Of a stretch of 64,000 nt of DNA, positions 1 through 11,958 are shown one piece after another. The translations under genes were made by a program, and so were the position numbers. The stretch's first letter is position 1. The number at the start of each line of letters is the position of its first letter. This stretch comes from Phoronis australis (taxonomy: Eukaryota; Animalia; Phoronida), in the NCBI GenBank assembly GCA_002633005.1, contig NMRA01000285.1, positions 62,001 to 126,000 on the forward strand, given 5' to 3'. The notes below the pieces were generated by a model. The model worked only from the letters and a program-made list of their open reading frames with translations, made no database searches and had not been told where the DNA came from.

Positions 1-103
1 GGCGACAAGGCAGCCAGAAACTTTTATTGACCAGGAGTTGTCAGTGTTTTTGATGATATTCTGTAGATCATTTGGTATCTGTCAGTGAACAGTTCTAAAG
101 GAT

Positions 104-370
104 ATGATCTCTAGTGTGCTTTTGGGTAAGGTGGGCCTCATGAAAGAACAGTTTCAGCGTTTCGCTTTTAATGTGATAGGCCCTGTATCATCAATCAAAA
201 ACACAGACAACCGATACATCATCATCATCGACTGTGCCACAAGGCACATGTTCCCAGAGGCAGTACCTCTACCCAGGAAAGAAGCAGAAAGAGCTGCAAG
301 CGCACTTTTTACAATTTTTGCACCTTTTTGGCTTTTATATGAGATATGTTGTGGGACTCAGTTTACCTAA
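104..370 (+). mobile_element. Degenerate Ty3/Gypsy LTR-retrotransposon integrase fragment
   Basis: Translation FQRFAFNVIGPV...NRYIIIIDCATRHMFPEAVPL...CGTQFT resembles the Gypsy integrase core (F.R.A.D..GP..GNRYIL..VD.ATR.PEA.PL...D.G.QF). It is truncated and the catalytic Asp positions are degenerate. Confidence 0.7.
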
Positions 371-573
371 AGTGCATTGAATTATTGGGGACAAATAAAA
401 CAACAACAATAATATATATTTTAGGTTGTATTGGGAATTTCAAGGTCACAGGTCTACAAATGAATATTTCACATAAGGAACCAGATGGGTTCCTTAATTA
501 CAAGAGTTAACACACACATTTACGACACCCAATGTGTAAGTGAGTATCGGATACTAAGTCGCAGGTTAGCATA

Positions 574-720
574 GTACCAAATGAGTACATAATACCAAAT
601 GGGTATTGGCCGATTGCCTACCAACTGGGACGAGCAAAACGGCAAATTCAATAACAAGTACCAAATGGGTACAACTGCCAAATGGGCAAATATCATATAA
701 TAAAGTACCAAGTGGTACAT
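574..720. repeat. Cluster of short TACCAAATG(A/G)GTA motifs, probable transposon subterminal remnant
   Basis: The motif recurs near 574, 593, 658 and, degenerate, near 706. Confidence 0.4.
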
Positions 721-1166
721 CAAACAGCCAACTGCGCTATAACAACCTGCAAAGCAGGTTCCGGACAAGCTGAGTGAGCAGACCAGCCGGAGTGATAAAA
801 ACAGATATTGTAAGGAACATGGTGTTGTGGCTCAGTATGTGCCACATGGGCAGGGTTGTTCATGGATGAACAATCCTGTCCACCGCCAAATAACCAACAG
901 CAGATTTTGTTCGACAAAAGGTAGGGAGGGTGGGAAAGATATAAATCTGTTGAAGTGAGATTTTGTGGAACCCAGGGTAGGAAGGGAGGGAGAGGTATCA
1001 AATGGTCTAATTGGGAAAACTTACGAGTGAATGTACTGTTGCCTGATGCTGGGCCAACAGAAAGCTGGAGAGGAAGAACAAAAAGCGCTACCATCGGATT
1101 TGGTAGGAACTAACTAGGAGTTGGATATGAAGGATGAAGGGCTTTAGAATGTTATTTGCCCAAATA

Positions 1167-1987
1167 CACATAGTGTACCTAATTATCGGACGGAACCTAA
1201 ATATCGGATATTTCATAGAATCTTACTTGAAGCATAATCTGAGAATTAAATGACACCAATTTTTGTTCCGTTGTAATGCATTCAATGTCCGGCACCGTCT
1301 CGTTTTTTACAGCGTTGCCTCGTTTTGATTTCACCGAGAGAGGGTGCAATTTAGACCCCCAAGTCGGCCTAAAATGGACGATCGCATAAATCGGTTATAA
1401 AAGTTGAAAATAAAATCTTTTTCCACAATGAAACCATCTCATTGAACTGACAATATGTCACTGTTCCATTTTTTCGTTTGTTTTTAAACTCAAGTCAAAC
1501 CCCGACCGCGCACGTGCGGGTGTCATATCAAGAAGCCTAAGTGATACTAAAAACTGCAGTGAGTTTGCACGTGCTTTAGTCGTCTGCACTAATTCATCGA
1601 AACGACTTGGCGCCGTCATCAGATTTCATTTTATGGATAATTTTGTTGCGAATGGACCTGGGTTCTAGCAGCATATATGTCAAAACACTCGAGCTGAAAT
1701 TTGGCGACAAGGTGCCCGCGGCCATTACATGGTTAGTCAGTTTTCCGCGGTGTGGCGTATGGAGAAACATGGTGTCCGATATTTAGGTTCTCCGAAGGTT
1801 TGGTTGTTGTGTTTTTTGAAGATCAGTCGGAACATAAATGTGGCTTTCAGTGACAAGATATAGTAACAGAACAATTCTGTGAAGGTAAATCTTTATTTCA
1901 GCAAAGAATTTACAACAATCCGTAGTATTTTCATTTAAATATAATGCAAAATGTGCCAAAACGTCCGATAATTAGGTCACTTGACTG
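1167..1987. mobile_element. Non-autonomous Tc1/mariner-pogo-like element (MITE)
   Basis: Left end ACCTAATTATCGGACG (~1177-1192) is the reverse complement of CGTCCGATAATTAGGT (1962-1977). A second inverted pair is GAACCTAAATATCGGA / TCCGATATTTAGGTTC (~1193 / ~1775). TA lies on both flanks and the right end reads CTG|TA. Confidence 0.7.
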
Positions 1988-2501
1988 TAATAGGATTTAT
2001 GTCAGAGTGCCGTCGATAAAGCAACTATTCACCGAACTCCATACAATCCAAAATGCAATGGATTATGTCAGCGACTCAATGGTATCTTACTAAAAGCCAT
2101 GCTCGAAAAAATGTCTCAAGAACGTCGCCAATGCTGGTACAGGTACTTGCCTGCAGCGCTGTTTGCCTACGGAGAGGTGCCACAAGTGAGCATGGGTTTT
2201 TGCTATTTGGACAGCTGTGTAAGGAACCGTGTGTGGGCCTTTGCAGGTATTGGATAAATTCTAGCAAAATAGGAAAAATTAGTATGTCCTCGACTTTCAT
2301 CATTCTCTGGAAGAGGCATGCAAGTTGATGTGGAAGAATCTACGAAGTACTGTTGAACCATACAAGCACCGTCAAGACAGAAGACACGATGTTGTAGCCT
2401 GAAAGTGGAAGAGCAAACTTTCATTTTAACAACTTACTATTTTAAATGATTTATTTCCCTTATAAGCAAGAACATCAACTTCGGGCCTGAGGAGTCGGCT
2501 T

Positions 2502-3483
2502 TCTATATTAATGTAGTGGGCCAGATTTTTGGTCGTTTGCAAGCGGGGCCGCTATATTAATATAAAAGAACCCTACCAGAAGTTGACCGTAGACCAGGGT
2601 TCCTATAATAATAATAATATAGGGGAATCCACGCTTTGATTGCCTTTGGGCAGGGTTCCTTTTATCAACAGAGGGGGCTTGGACTTCAGTCACGTTCGGA
2701 CAGTGACGTATTAATGTTGAGAGTCTCTCTCGTTGGTTGCCTTCGGACGGGAGCACTTTTATGAACATAGAAGGCAACACTTTTCTGTTGCTTTCGGGCA
2801 GGGCTTCCCGTATAGGAGACCCTAAACTTCAGTCGCTTTCGGCCGGGGCCATCAGTATTAAATATAGGTGCCCGCTCGTTGGTCACTTATATTAAGATAG
2901 GGCGTCCCGCTCTTCGATTATCTTTCATTGGACGAGGCCCATAGAAAGCACCAGGGCAACAAGTTTTTAAGACTGTAGCGCTCCTTACTGGCAGTTTTGA
3001 TTTGTAGCTCCTAAGCCCCTTGTAGGATCGTTGTGAAATATGATAAGTTTTACTGTTCTCTCTATATCCTCGCATTTCCTGGGCATATTTTCATGAAATT
3101 TGGCAAATGGGTTTCTATTACGGTGACGAAGATCCATTTGCTCTCATTTTCGGACGGGTTTTACATACTGTGCACTATCTAAGGGACATCTTTGTTACTA
3201 ATCAAGACCACGAGAGCATACCGTTTGCGCTGTAGTCGTGGGCAAATTTCTGCGCTTTGTGAGGCTCTTCTTGCGTTTCTTTGTTCAGTTTGATGCATCA
3301 TGTGCATAAGAGAATACTCGAATGTTCGTCAAGTGGTTCGAGAGATATAAATATTTACATCTTATGCTAATCAGAACATAACTGTGCAATTTACAGAATA
3401 TTATAAATCTAACACTCCGTTTTGCCCTATTTAGCTGGCTTTAAACGGAAATCGAGTTAAGCGCTTTATCCTCATAAAACTAG
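2502..3483 (+). mobile_element. Probable non-autonomous Helitron
   Basis: Starts TCTATATTAAT (Helitron-type 5' TC end). Ends with the imperfect palindrome GAGTTAAGCGCTTTATCCTC (3454-3473), then CTAG|T at 3480-3484. No TSD and no ORF. Confidence 0.45.
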
Positions 3484-3783
3484 TTTCATTATATTACTTA
3501 CTGTGATAGAATTTTATTTCCGTTACCAACGATAACATCGAGACCATAAGCAACATAAGAAAAAGCTACAGAGTTAGTTTATTGATGCTGACCAATGCTA
3601 AAGTTGCTAATTCGAAAATGCCAATTGTGGACATTTGTGTGAGTTGAGTTGCTAAAGCAAAACAATCCTAGCACTGTAAAGAATATTGTGACACGGAATT
3701 TGATGAGAGTGAAAGGCCTCGTTTGATTTTCATTTTAGCCAGCAAAACCGGACAAAATGCTGCTTTGTCTTCCACATATGGTC

Positions 3784-4198
3784 GCATCAACAGATCACAC
3801 GATCGTTTGGACAACAGACTATATTACGCAAAAGGAAGTTGAAAGGCGAGCCGCGCGGAGTTGTTGTCAAAATCAGTGTTTCTTTAAATCCAGCATTCTC
3901 CTTGTCTTTGTCGCTTTGCATGTGGGTATATCGTACATTACATCAGAAAGATTTGAAACCAGTATTACTGATGATTTTAGCCAGTTAAACAGGACGAAAT
4001 GCAACTTGACGTGTGGTAGCATCAAAAGATCACAAGATCGCTTTGACAAGAGACTATATTACACAACTAAAAGGAAGGTCAAACGCGAGCTGTGCGCTGT
4101 TGTTGTCAAAATCAATGTTTCTTTAAATCCAACATTCCCCTTCATTGTGGCTTTGCATGTGGGTACATCGTACATCAGACAGAATTGGAACCAGTATA
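3784..4198. repeat. Diverged direct duplication (~185-bp copies, period ~235 bp) upstream of the VDE-like gene
   Basis: GCATCAACAGATCACACGATCG...GCTTTGCATGTGGGTATATCGTACA...GAAACCAGTAT (~3784-3965) is repeated as GCATCAAAAGATCACAAGATCG...GCTTTGCATGTGGGTACATCGTACA...GGAACCAGTAT (~4019-4198). Confidence 0.85.
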
Positions 4199-4245
4199 TA
4201 TAACGAGTGTGCTTGTTGAATGAAATTTCAGTTGATACACTGAGA

Positions 4246-6687
4246 ATGACGCGTTCGCTGATCTTTGTTCTCTCGTTCGTTTCGATTGTCTTCAGCGTTG
4301 ACGTGAACAAGGAGTTTGACTGTCTCGCGTCCAAATGTCCAGACAAGTTCTTGACATGCAAAAACGGCGACAATTGCATTCCAGGCATGTCTTGTATTGA
4401 ACAGTCAAATGGCAATATGACACAGTTTTTTGGCTGTTATGCTACTTTTTATAGCATTGCCCTCAGCGACTTGATCAACTGTGGCCTTTCATGTAAGTGA
4501 TTTTTACTGACTCCCAGGTTTGCCGTGCTAACGTCCACGGTAAAAATAAAAAAATAATTATGTTTTAGTGCTTCAAAATTATAGATTTGGTCAAAAATGA
4601 TGTTGTTCAACTTGTGTGCTGTTTTCTTGCATTTTCGAAAGCAACATTTGTCAATTCAAGCTCAATGATATTTTGCAGAAATAATCTTGCTATGTCGCAC
4701 GAATTCATTTTAAACTTTTATCTTCATTTTCGCAGACACTATATTGAAGTATTTTAAAACTTTAAAGTAGATGAATCTTAATTTTTATCATTTTTGATTA
4801 CTTTTGAATTGTTTGGAATTGAAAGTAGCTAGGCTTTGCGAGTTGCAAGAAAGTTCTGATTTCTTAATCAACAAAATCAGCTTGGACACATTAAGGTAAC
4901 TTTAAGTAATTATGTGACATCTGCTCATGCATAACCCTTGGGAGGGATCGCTTCTTGAAAGGTGTGTACAAGAGGCGACAAATTCTTCAACACCAGTGAA
5001 GTTCTCGGAATGCACTTTTCCCGATGCTTTCCCACTTGGTCAGGGGTCTGGAATAGTTTAGTCCGAAATTAGTGAAGTGCCTGGCATGTATTTTACCCGC
5101 TGCTTCCCTCACTTGTTGAGAGCCTGGTTTGTACTTTGCCCTACATTTCTCCAGCTACACCCAGCTTTTCGCCACCCCCCNAAAAGATAATGACCAGATT
5201 GTAATCATGACCACCCACCTCGACTAGTCGCCGTCTCTCTCTCTCTCTCTCTCTGATCGTCAACAGCCACCTCGCCAATCGTCATCACGACCATCTGATC
5301 ACTTGATCAGTATACAGATAACGCGATAAACATAAAAATATAACCAGATTAAGTGGTTTCTTGCTTTTTTGCGCGTGACTATGTGAATCTCTTTTTGTCT
5401 TCAGGTTTCGATAGCTACAGACTACCCGAGGCTGTGCCGACAGAGTGTAGAAAACCAGCTACTGAGTCGCTGCAGCCAAACTTCGATTTGAAATATCTGA
5501 CTGGAAAGTTCTATAATATTTACGGCCTGAACAGACTGTACGAGTGTGACGACAACACGCACCATTTCTTCATGAGGAAAAATGCCAACACTTTGATTGT
5601 TGTTGAATGGTATGATCTCCGCATGCTCAATGGAACCCCTCGCCATTTGGCGGACGAAGTGGTAAGTGATAAGTTTTGGACTGTGATTGGCAAAAATGGA
5701 AGCTATTAACAATTTTTGCTGATCAGCTGATGGACTCACAGGCCTGCAAACCAGCCCTGGGTCCAGGGTCTAATCTCCAAACTCCACCCACACTGGCTGA
5801 AACTGGGAACGTAACTAAAAGGACGCTCCGTGTTTTGAGGTGTCATATATGTAAGTTTACTCAAAGCTTGCCATGCAATTTGTCAATTTTCGAGTCCGAG
5901 TACAAAGATTAGTCCCCAGTCCCAGGTGAACCAGCAAAATTGGAAAATTCGATACTTTTTGGAAACAATCTGATTTCCCATTCAGGAATATTCTAATGCT
6001 GGTACCGAGTCCCCGTCCGTATTCAACGTAAACACCATCGGATCAGGATGGATTAAGCATGATGAATACAGAGTGATGTCATTTGGGGATAACTACGTAT
6101 TCCTTTACTACTGTGGAAAGTCTTCTAACATCACGTGAGTACTACCACTTCCGTTGAGCTCTAAGGATGGGCGTGGGGTACCTTCGTCAGCTGCTGTGGT
6201 GCTGTTGATCGCCCATCGTCAAGTCTCTTGCACATTTTTGTAATTGTCTTGTATGCTTTGCATTTCCACTGTAACTGTTTACAATTCATAGTCATAATAG
6301 CCATGTGTCGCCTACGTGCCTCTTGTTTTAATATCTTGGAACGTAGCTCCGTGGACGCACCTGGGATCCCTGCTTTTCTATAACACGTGAATTTCGAAAG
6401 GAGTAGGATGTTATCGTGCTTTGATGTAACTAGAATTCTTTGCCGGTCCTTCCTGTGAATTGTAAATTTATATTAGTATGCGTCTTATTAAGTGATCCTT
6501 TTTCTTTTTATTGAGCTTCACTCCTGATTGAAGATGTCCACCTTGCAGGTATGAAGGCGCTTTTGTGCTCTCGCGAAAACCAACAATCTCGGAGGCCGAT
6601 AAACAGGCCGCCATGAAGGAGGCAGCCAAGAGAGGCTGGGATCTTGAGAAGGACTTCTGTCGTAACAAGCAAGATTTTGATGAATAA
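4246..6687 (+). CDS. Secreted violaxanthin de-epoxidase-like (VDE/VDL-type) lipocalin-domain protein, 263 aa, 4 coding exons
   Basis: Exons 4246-4492, 5405-5661, 5986-6134 and 6549-6687; all GT-AG with matching phases (1,0,2), total 792 nt. Hydrophobic signal peptide MTRSLIFVLSFVSIVFS. Cys pattern C-x4-C-x6-C-x5-C-x5-C...C-x14-C. Lipocalin motifs FDLKYLTGKFYNIYGLN, HDEYRVMS and DNYVFLYYCG...YEGAFVLSR. AATAAA at 6717-6722. Confidence 0.85.
5235..5254. repeat. (CT)n microsatellite
   Basis: Direct inspection. Confidence 0.9.
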
Positions 6688-8539
6688 AAAATCAAGAACA
6701 GCTACAATTTGTGAAGAATAAAGAGATCAGTTACCTCCCTTGTAACAAGTAACATCGGGTTTTAAATTTCATGCCATATAAAACCGGTTCCATTAGTCGT
6801 ACAGGCTATGAAATTGGGCACTACAGACACAAAAATTATCACTTTGTATTGATTCTATGGTAAAATTGTAAGCTTATAACATATTTTCCAATTTTATCGG
6901 TTTTAACTTTGAAATTTGAACATCCATAAGACAGACGATTTCAGAGGCTATATAAGGACTCTCGAAATGTCGCAGAATTGACGACATGGAGTTCCCCGTT
7001 GTTATGATATAGATTTGCCCGAGTTCCAGCAAGCTTCGCCAAAGCACACCGAAATATCAAGTGTCTTCAGATTGATAAAAATCATTTACAAACTTTGCTG
7101 TGTGAGGTCGAATGATAGAGATTTCACCGTTTCTAATCTGCGTCAAACTTATCTGCGACGACGATTTCTTTCAGTATCTGTTTATAACTGGCATATAACT
7201 ATGAAATTTCAGCGAATTTCGCAGACGTATAAACAAGTAAGTCAGAAAGAAATAAACACTTAACATTTTTAAACATTTCGTATACCAAACAGCAACTAAT
7301 ATAAAGTCTACGCGCGTTTCGAGTTTCTTAGTGTTGAGATTTTGTCAAAAATATGTGTTTTTCACTAAACAATATTTCCGGGTGAGTATGCAAAGCACAC
7401 TCATAAATACTTGACCGAGGGCATGCTGGTAGAGCATGGAAGTCTTCGTATGTCAAAGGTGTTTTCGCGCTCCGCAAAAGGTCAGAATTTACGCGTGTTA
7501 ATATGAATTTTGCACCAGTGGTCAACCTACTTTTGTCCGTTTACGTACTGGGTCGACCCAGGTTTGACTGTCTTCAACCTGTCGTGACAGTAAATACAGT
7601 ATGAGTTGCGGACATATTGATCAGACAGTGTGGATAGTACAATGGCAGTAACTACCCAACGCAGAGACTAGCAGCTGCAGTGAGTTGCAGTTGCGTTGCA
7701 GACAAGTCACAGAGTATGTACTGACCTTCGGGAAGCATGTATTCAGAATTTCTCCCCTTGGTAATTCAGACATTAACACTTCATCAATAAACAGTGCAGG
7801 TACTTTTAATGTCAGCTTTTCATGTCCAGTAACAAGGTGAGTACTTAAACAATACTTAGTCTATACATTACATGTAGACAATCGTTATAGTTATACAATA
7901 GACCTGTATATTTTGACAATTAAAATAACTAACAGGCACTCGTAAGCCTATAGTATTCCTGCAACGATAAAACTGAGTCTAATTAGTAAACGCACACACA
8001 CACAGACACGCGTGTTCATGACATCCCATGTGGAACTGCAAAACTGCGACATCGGATCAGTATCGCGTTGTCGAGTCGCACTGTTTTCCTAATCCAGGTC
8101 TCTATACCTCTATGGCGTCTCTATGTTCATCATGGTTTGTGTGATTTTGGCTAGGGGGACTCATTTTTTCCAAATGTTCTATCTACAACAACCACACTGG
8201 ATTTTTTATTGTGTTAAACCGCACAGGAAGCCAGTGTCTGCCGATAATATAATGTGGCGCCACGTGTAGCTCCTATTAGATATTTTCACACGGCTTTATG
8301 TTTTTCTATTACAAGCACTATCACTTCATTTATTTACAACATATCATTTCGATGACGTATCTGCCACTAATATGGCTTGATTTGGACCCACAAATAGGAA
8401 TAGAAATGCACAATCACATCACATTTTCAAAAATTTTACAAGTCTTGGCTATTTTGCGATTCAAAGTAAGCGCGGGAGCAATTTATGAATTGAAATTGTT
8501 AAAACAATGAATTAATCGGTGTACCCGACAACGGTTGAA

Positions 8540-8672
8540 CCTACAGTAGTGTATGCTCCTGGGGGTTGAGAAGGCTGACGATTGACCAGGTCCATGGCCA
8601 TGAAATAATTACATTTTGAAGTGCTTAGTTATTTCTAGCGATACATAAATCTCACCTAGTTATCATTATTGT
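8540..8672 (+). mobile_element. Possible 3' part of a SINE / L2-type tail
   Basis: TGTATGCTCCTGGGGGTTGAG...GAAGTGCTTAG...ATAAAT...TTATCATTATTG resembles recalled invertebrate SINE tails that end in (ATT)n. Confidence 0.3.
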
Positions 8673-9716
8673 TTTAACTTTGTCATTTTAATTCTATTAG
8701 ATTAGGTCCAAAACGTCAAAATGACGTCACACTGAACAAGAAAGGACCCAATACAATGTACACAGTACTACATGCAACAAAGTTGTTCTAAGATTGTGTC
8801 AACGATAATAATACTAACAACAACGATAAAAATAATTCTAAATTCATTTTGTTTTGTAAAATCTATAATTAATCTAAACGGGTCATTTCCTCCCTGTTCA
8901 CAACAATCTTGGTAGAGACCTAATTCACGAGGCGGACAATAAAATCCAAAGCGAGGCTCACTGCGATAAACAAAGCGGAAGTTGACATTGCGTTCGTTTT
9001 TTAATTGGCCGGTCTTTTGAGTCCAACCTGGATATTAAATCTTAAAACTGTGTCGATAATTATTCACAGAGACGTAGAAAAATACATTAGAGAACAAACC
9101 AGTGCACAAATAAGTTGTCTGACGAAAGGGTATTGGCTAAATCACAATCAAGGTCCGTATTCGAGAGTTGACTTTGTTACGGTCTAATACTAATTTTTGG
9201 TCACTTACCAAATGCCAACTGAATCTCATATGCAAAGAGTTATTTAGCTGTGCAAATTAAAAAAGAATCATCAAAATCGGACAATGTTTGAGAAATTTAT
9301 GCATGTTTTTGTCTATGAATTTCATGCATTTTAGGGATACGAGTGGCCATTTTAAAAATTACAATTTTCAACTGTCAACTGTAGAAAAGAAGTTTATTTT
9401 ATTAAGTAAGCAATTGCTTAGATACGACTGGGAATAACTTGGGTCACTTTCAGAATCACTACGATGAGGTTGCGCTTAATGGTAGGGTTCCTCATAAAAC
9501 AGGCACTCGTTTCGAAATTTGTAAATTCTGTGCTTCTAGCCCTCACCTACTGTAAAGAAGGTTAAAAACTAAAGTTCACACTCTGTAATAAAAGAACTGC
9601 AGAATAAGTTAGCCTAGGCAACACAGCAAATAATTCAATATCTAAACAAACCAAGAGTTTGGATAGTGACTGGGTTCTGCTATGTTGAAAATGGGCCAAA
9701 AACGCTAACAAAATGT

Positions 9717-10570
9717 AATGTACGTACCCCCATGTGGAATTCAGTAACACAAACGGTCATTTTAAATGAAATTATTGCCTTTTAAGTAACAACATGGTGC
9801 TTATTATAATCAAAGGAAAATAAGTGGCCATGCAACATTATGTTACCATGTGATGCAGAAACAGTGATGTAGTGTACGTACCCCATTTTGTAGTGTACGT
9901 ACCCCAATGTTTATAAATGTCATGAAATTAAAATATCACTTGGTAAGTGAGCAACATTTGTCATAGACAGTTTCCTCCTTTAAAAATCTTAGTTTAAAAG
10001 GGTGTTTATTGAAAATACATTTGTTTTGAGTGAAATATTAGCATTTGTGTAGTGTACGTATCCCTATATTATATTTGTGCCTATTTTCAAAGTATGGCAG
10101 ATATGCACATGAATGCTGCGCTTTTTATTTTTTCTCTTTGAATTGATTTAGTAAATTAACTTAGTATTTAGTTAAAAAACTGACATGTCATTGAAGTGCA
10201 GTGTACGTACCCCTGTGTAGTGTACGTACCTTCAACATCTGTGCTATAAAGTATTGCCCTTAAGTATTTTTACATACTACTGTTCTCATGAACAATACTG
10301 ATATTTCCAATATGAATCCAGTCTGACAAAAAACATTGGAAATTATCAAATTTGTGGGCAATAAAATGCCACACAGGACTTGGCTAGTACTTAACATTCT
10401 ATAAGACACATCATGTGACAACTGATCTTGCAGAGGCAGGTTCCCTATCTCTCAAGACAACTTGCAATAAACCAACAAGTAGAGGCGGCACAAAATTCGA
10501 GACCATCCCATACATTTGTAACTTGGCCAAAATTTGACGTTGGTTGACTGTGCGTAGTGCACGTACCCTC
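9717..10570. repeat. Dispersed array of GTAGTGTACGTACCCC motifs, probable non-autonomous DNA transposon interior
   Basis: About 7 same-orientation copies near 9717, 9869, 9889, 10049, 10197, 10218 and 10555. Confidence 0.65.
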
Positions 10571-11656
10571 AACCAGTACCATTTTTATTGTTTAAAAGTT
10601 GAACACTTGGCCCAGCATTGCTTTAACTATTTTGTCCAACTGGTGAATATATTGAAAACTAGGCAAATAGCACCGATAAAGTTTTTGAAGAAAGTAGTTA
10701 CTTGTCGTTTTCTTTTTGTAAGAATCATATTGCAAGAGAAGAAGTTCTCATTATACCGTGTTAAGATAAGCAATGTAATGGTCATCTAGAACAACTTGAT
10801 CAGCACTGTAATGACTTTTCTTACTTTAGTATTGATACTTCTTCAGTTTGATCAAGAACTTATTAAATTATCAGCTACCTTATGAATTTTTGCTTGAAAA
10901 AAGTGGGCTGTGACTACAAGTTGTTGTGTGCTTACCCTTTTATACGACTGTGACGCATTGAGCCATAAAATTTTATTCGGTGGTTCTTGTCCAAAAATAT
11001 TTTAGATAACAAACCTGGAATGATGGTACTTTAAAATAACCCAGCTTTTACAGTTACATGACAACCTTCATTTTTCACCAAAAGTGGCGGCCACCGAATA
11101 TGGACCTTGATTGTGATTTTCCGTATATTTTTTGCGGAAAACTAGGTTCGAAACATGAAAAGTAAATACGACCAAACTGCGGCGATCGTAGTGTTACGGA
11201 TTAGGTATTGTGATGAATGCAAGTTTACGTAAACTGTAAATTGTTGAAAATGCTTTCTACACGAACCAGGTCATCTGCTCGTTTTGTTGGCGAGTTGAAG
11301 ATAATTCGACAGTGGTGGCTCATCGCATTTTGGGTGATGTGCAATTAGTCATATCTGGTTTGATTTGTTGATCAAGCATAGCCTAGGTCCTGGTGAAGTA
11401 AGGACTACCGGGGCTAACAGTTGATTTGTCATTGATCTGAAAATAAATAATTATATCTTTATTCAAATAAATAACCAGGCTCGTAATTGAAAATATTTGA
11501 CCATCAATTCTTCTTTCTTGGTTTTAATAATTCTTACGTCTATTTCAAGTTGAATTTTAAAATTAAAGCAACTAACTCGTTCGTCCAAAGCATAACATCG
11601 TTTTAGAGCTCAATTTCATAAAACTGGACAGAGCAAGTATAGTTATTATGTTTCTT

Positions 11657-11958
11657 CAGGAGCCTCGTGTATACGAGGGGAATGGTGCCTGTGCTTCCGA
11701 GAGGGGAATTTTTTCGCCAGTGAGGGGAAAATCTACCAATAGCACCCCGCCCTGTTGCAAGTTCTCATGGGCTCTGTCTCAAATAGCGGCATTTTGTGCT
11801 CTTTCAAATTGTCACCTGTGTGGTTAAGTGATTTGAACTTCGAAGAGAAATTTTTAATTTTTAGGCCTCGTGGGAGGAATTTCGCGTAATTTTTCAATAT
11901 TTTTAAGAGGGGAATAGGGCCGATATTCGGCCCCAAAATCGAGGGATTGAGGGCCCTG
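11657..11958. mobile_element. Possible hAT-like MITE remnant
   Basis: Imperfect ends CAGGAGCCTC / GAGGGCCCTG with repeated GAGGGGAA motifs inside. No TSD found. Confidence 0.3.

Noticed and set aside
2053-2424. Cys-containing overlapping ORFs as a transposase zinc finger
   Set aside because: No complete motif in any frame.
3757-4203. 148-aa ORF upstream of the VDE-like gene
   Set aside because: It spans the tandem duplication, has no family motif and stops before the ATG exon.
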